Below are positions 63,615-64,000 of a stretch of 64,000 bases of DNA, one piece after another. The notes below the pieces were generated by a model. It did not search any database. It saw only the letters and a program-made list of their open reading frames with translations, and was not told the origin of the DNA. Every line of letters begins with the position of its first letter. Within the stretch, counting starts at the first letter, position 1. Made by a program: the position numbers and the translations under genes. Source of the DNA: an uncultured Gemmatimonadales bacterium (GTDB lineage Bacteria; Gemmatimonadota; Gemmatimonadetes; Gemmatimonadales; GWC2-71-9). The DNA lies in assembly GCA_963841505.1 (NCBI GenBank), contig CAWJCZ010000006.1:139573-203572 (forward strand), written 5' to 3'.

Positions 63615-63701
63615 GGGGTAAACCTCACGGGATCGGCGTTCGCCGGCGGAGGAGTGGGAAGCTCTCGTAAGATAGCACCCGGTCAGAGGTTGCCCAGCCG
63701 T

Positions 63702-63751
63702 TTGTGTTTCGGCATATATTCGGGTATCTTATGGTGTCTATTCGGGTTCGG
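63702..63751 (+). promoter_or_regulatory. lexA promoter overlapped by putative LexA operator repeats
   Basis: TTGTGT(63702)-N17-TATCTT(63725); TTCGG at 63708, 63719, 63741 and TATGG at 63730 (11-bp period). Confidence 0.65.
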
Positions 63752-63757
63752 GTGGCC

Positions 63758-64000
63758 ATGCCGCTTACCAAGCGCCAGCGAGAAATCCTGAGTTACCTCG
63801 AGAACCATATCAGAACTCACGGATATGCTCCCAGTATGGAGGAAATTGCAGACCACTTCTCTCTGCAATCACTCTCCACCGTGCACGAGCATCTCGCCAA
63901 CCTCGAGCAGAAGGGTGCCATCCGCCGGAGCTACAACGAAAGCCGGGGCATCGAGATTCTGCCGCCCCGCGGAATCAGCGGCGCCACCGAGATTCCCCTG
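63758..64000 (+). CDS. lexA: SOS repressor LexA (5' part, runs off the window; not in the ORF track)
   Basis: Manual translation MPLTKRQREILSYL...GYAPSMEEIADHF.L.S.STVHEHLANLEQKGAIRR..NESRGIEI...EIPL. Confidence 0.95.
   Translation, partial: MPLTKRQREILSYLENHIRTHGYAPSMEEIADHFSLQSLSTVHEHLANLEQKGAIRRSYNESRGIEILPPRGISGATEIPL

Noticed and set aside
63683..63868. 61-aa minus-strand ORF
   Set aside because: Antisense to lexA and its promoter; no coding signature.

Overview
High-GC bacterial chromosome segment. Gene order and protein styles (yicC-gmk-rpoZ-udg, many secreted peptidases, HEAT + HD-GYP pair, folK-yqeK-LytR_C) suggest Gemmatimonadota; this is my inference, not a database result. Many genes are broken by single-base indels clustered at about 1-4 kb, 9-19 kb, 28 kb, 34-36 kb and 48-54 kb. 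These include essential genes (gmk, aspS), so they are most likely uncorrected long-read errors rather than true pseudogenes. Content is mostly core: udg, rpoZ, gmk, yicC, pepA, tRNA-Leu(CAA), an ECF sigma/anti-sigma/Spy-like triad, a secreted peptidase operon, rpmA/rplU, RNase G/E, a VPS10-type hydrolase, an Ntn acylase, LVIVD/DUF305, acyl-CoA dehydrogenase, RecQ, an S8 protease, a carboxyltransferase, a split B12 mutase with meaB, two CBS/CorC genes, ybeY, phoH, aspS, rlmN, an acyltransferase, yqeK, folK, an MCP, HD-GYP, HEAT and the 5' part of lexA. I found no integrase, transposase, CRISPR array or rRNA. Best leads: (1) an aeRF1/pelota-fold protein lacking GGQ, translationally coupled between the two subunits of a B12 mutase with isobutyryl-CoA mutase signatures; (2) a HEAT protein and an HD-GYP protein that share an unnamed N-terminal domain and are co-operonic with an orphan chemoreceptor; (3) an 11-bp-period TTCGG direct-repeat operator over the lexA promoter; (4) two structured intergenic leaders, upstream of rng and of the GDPD/peptidase operon.
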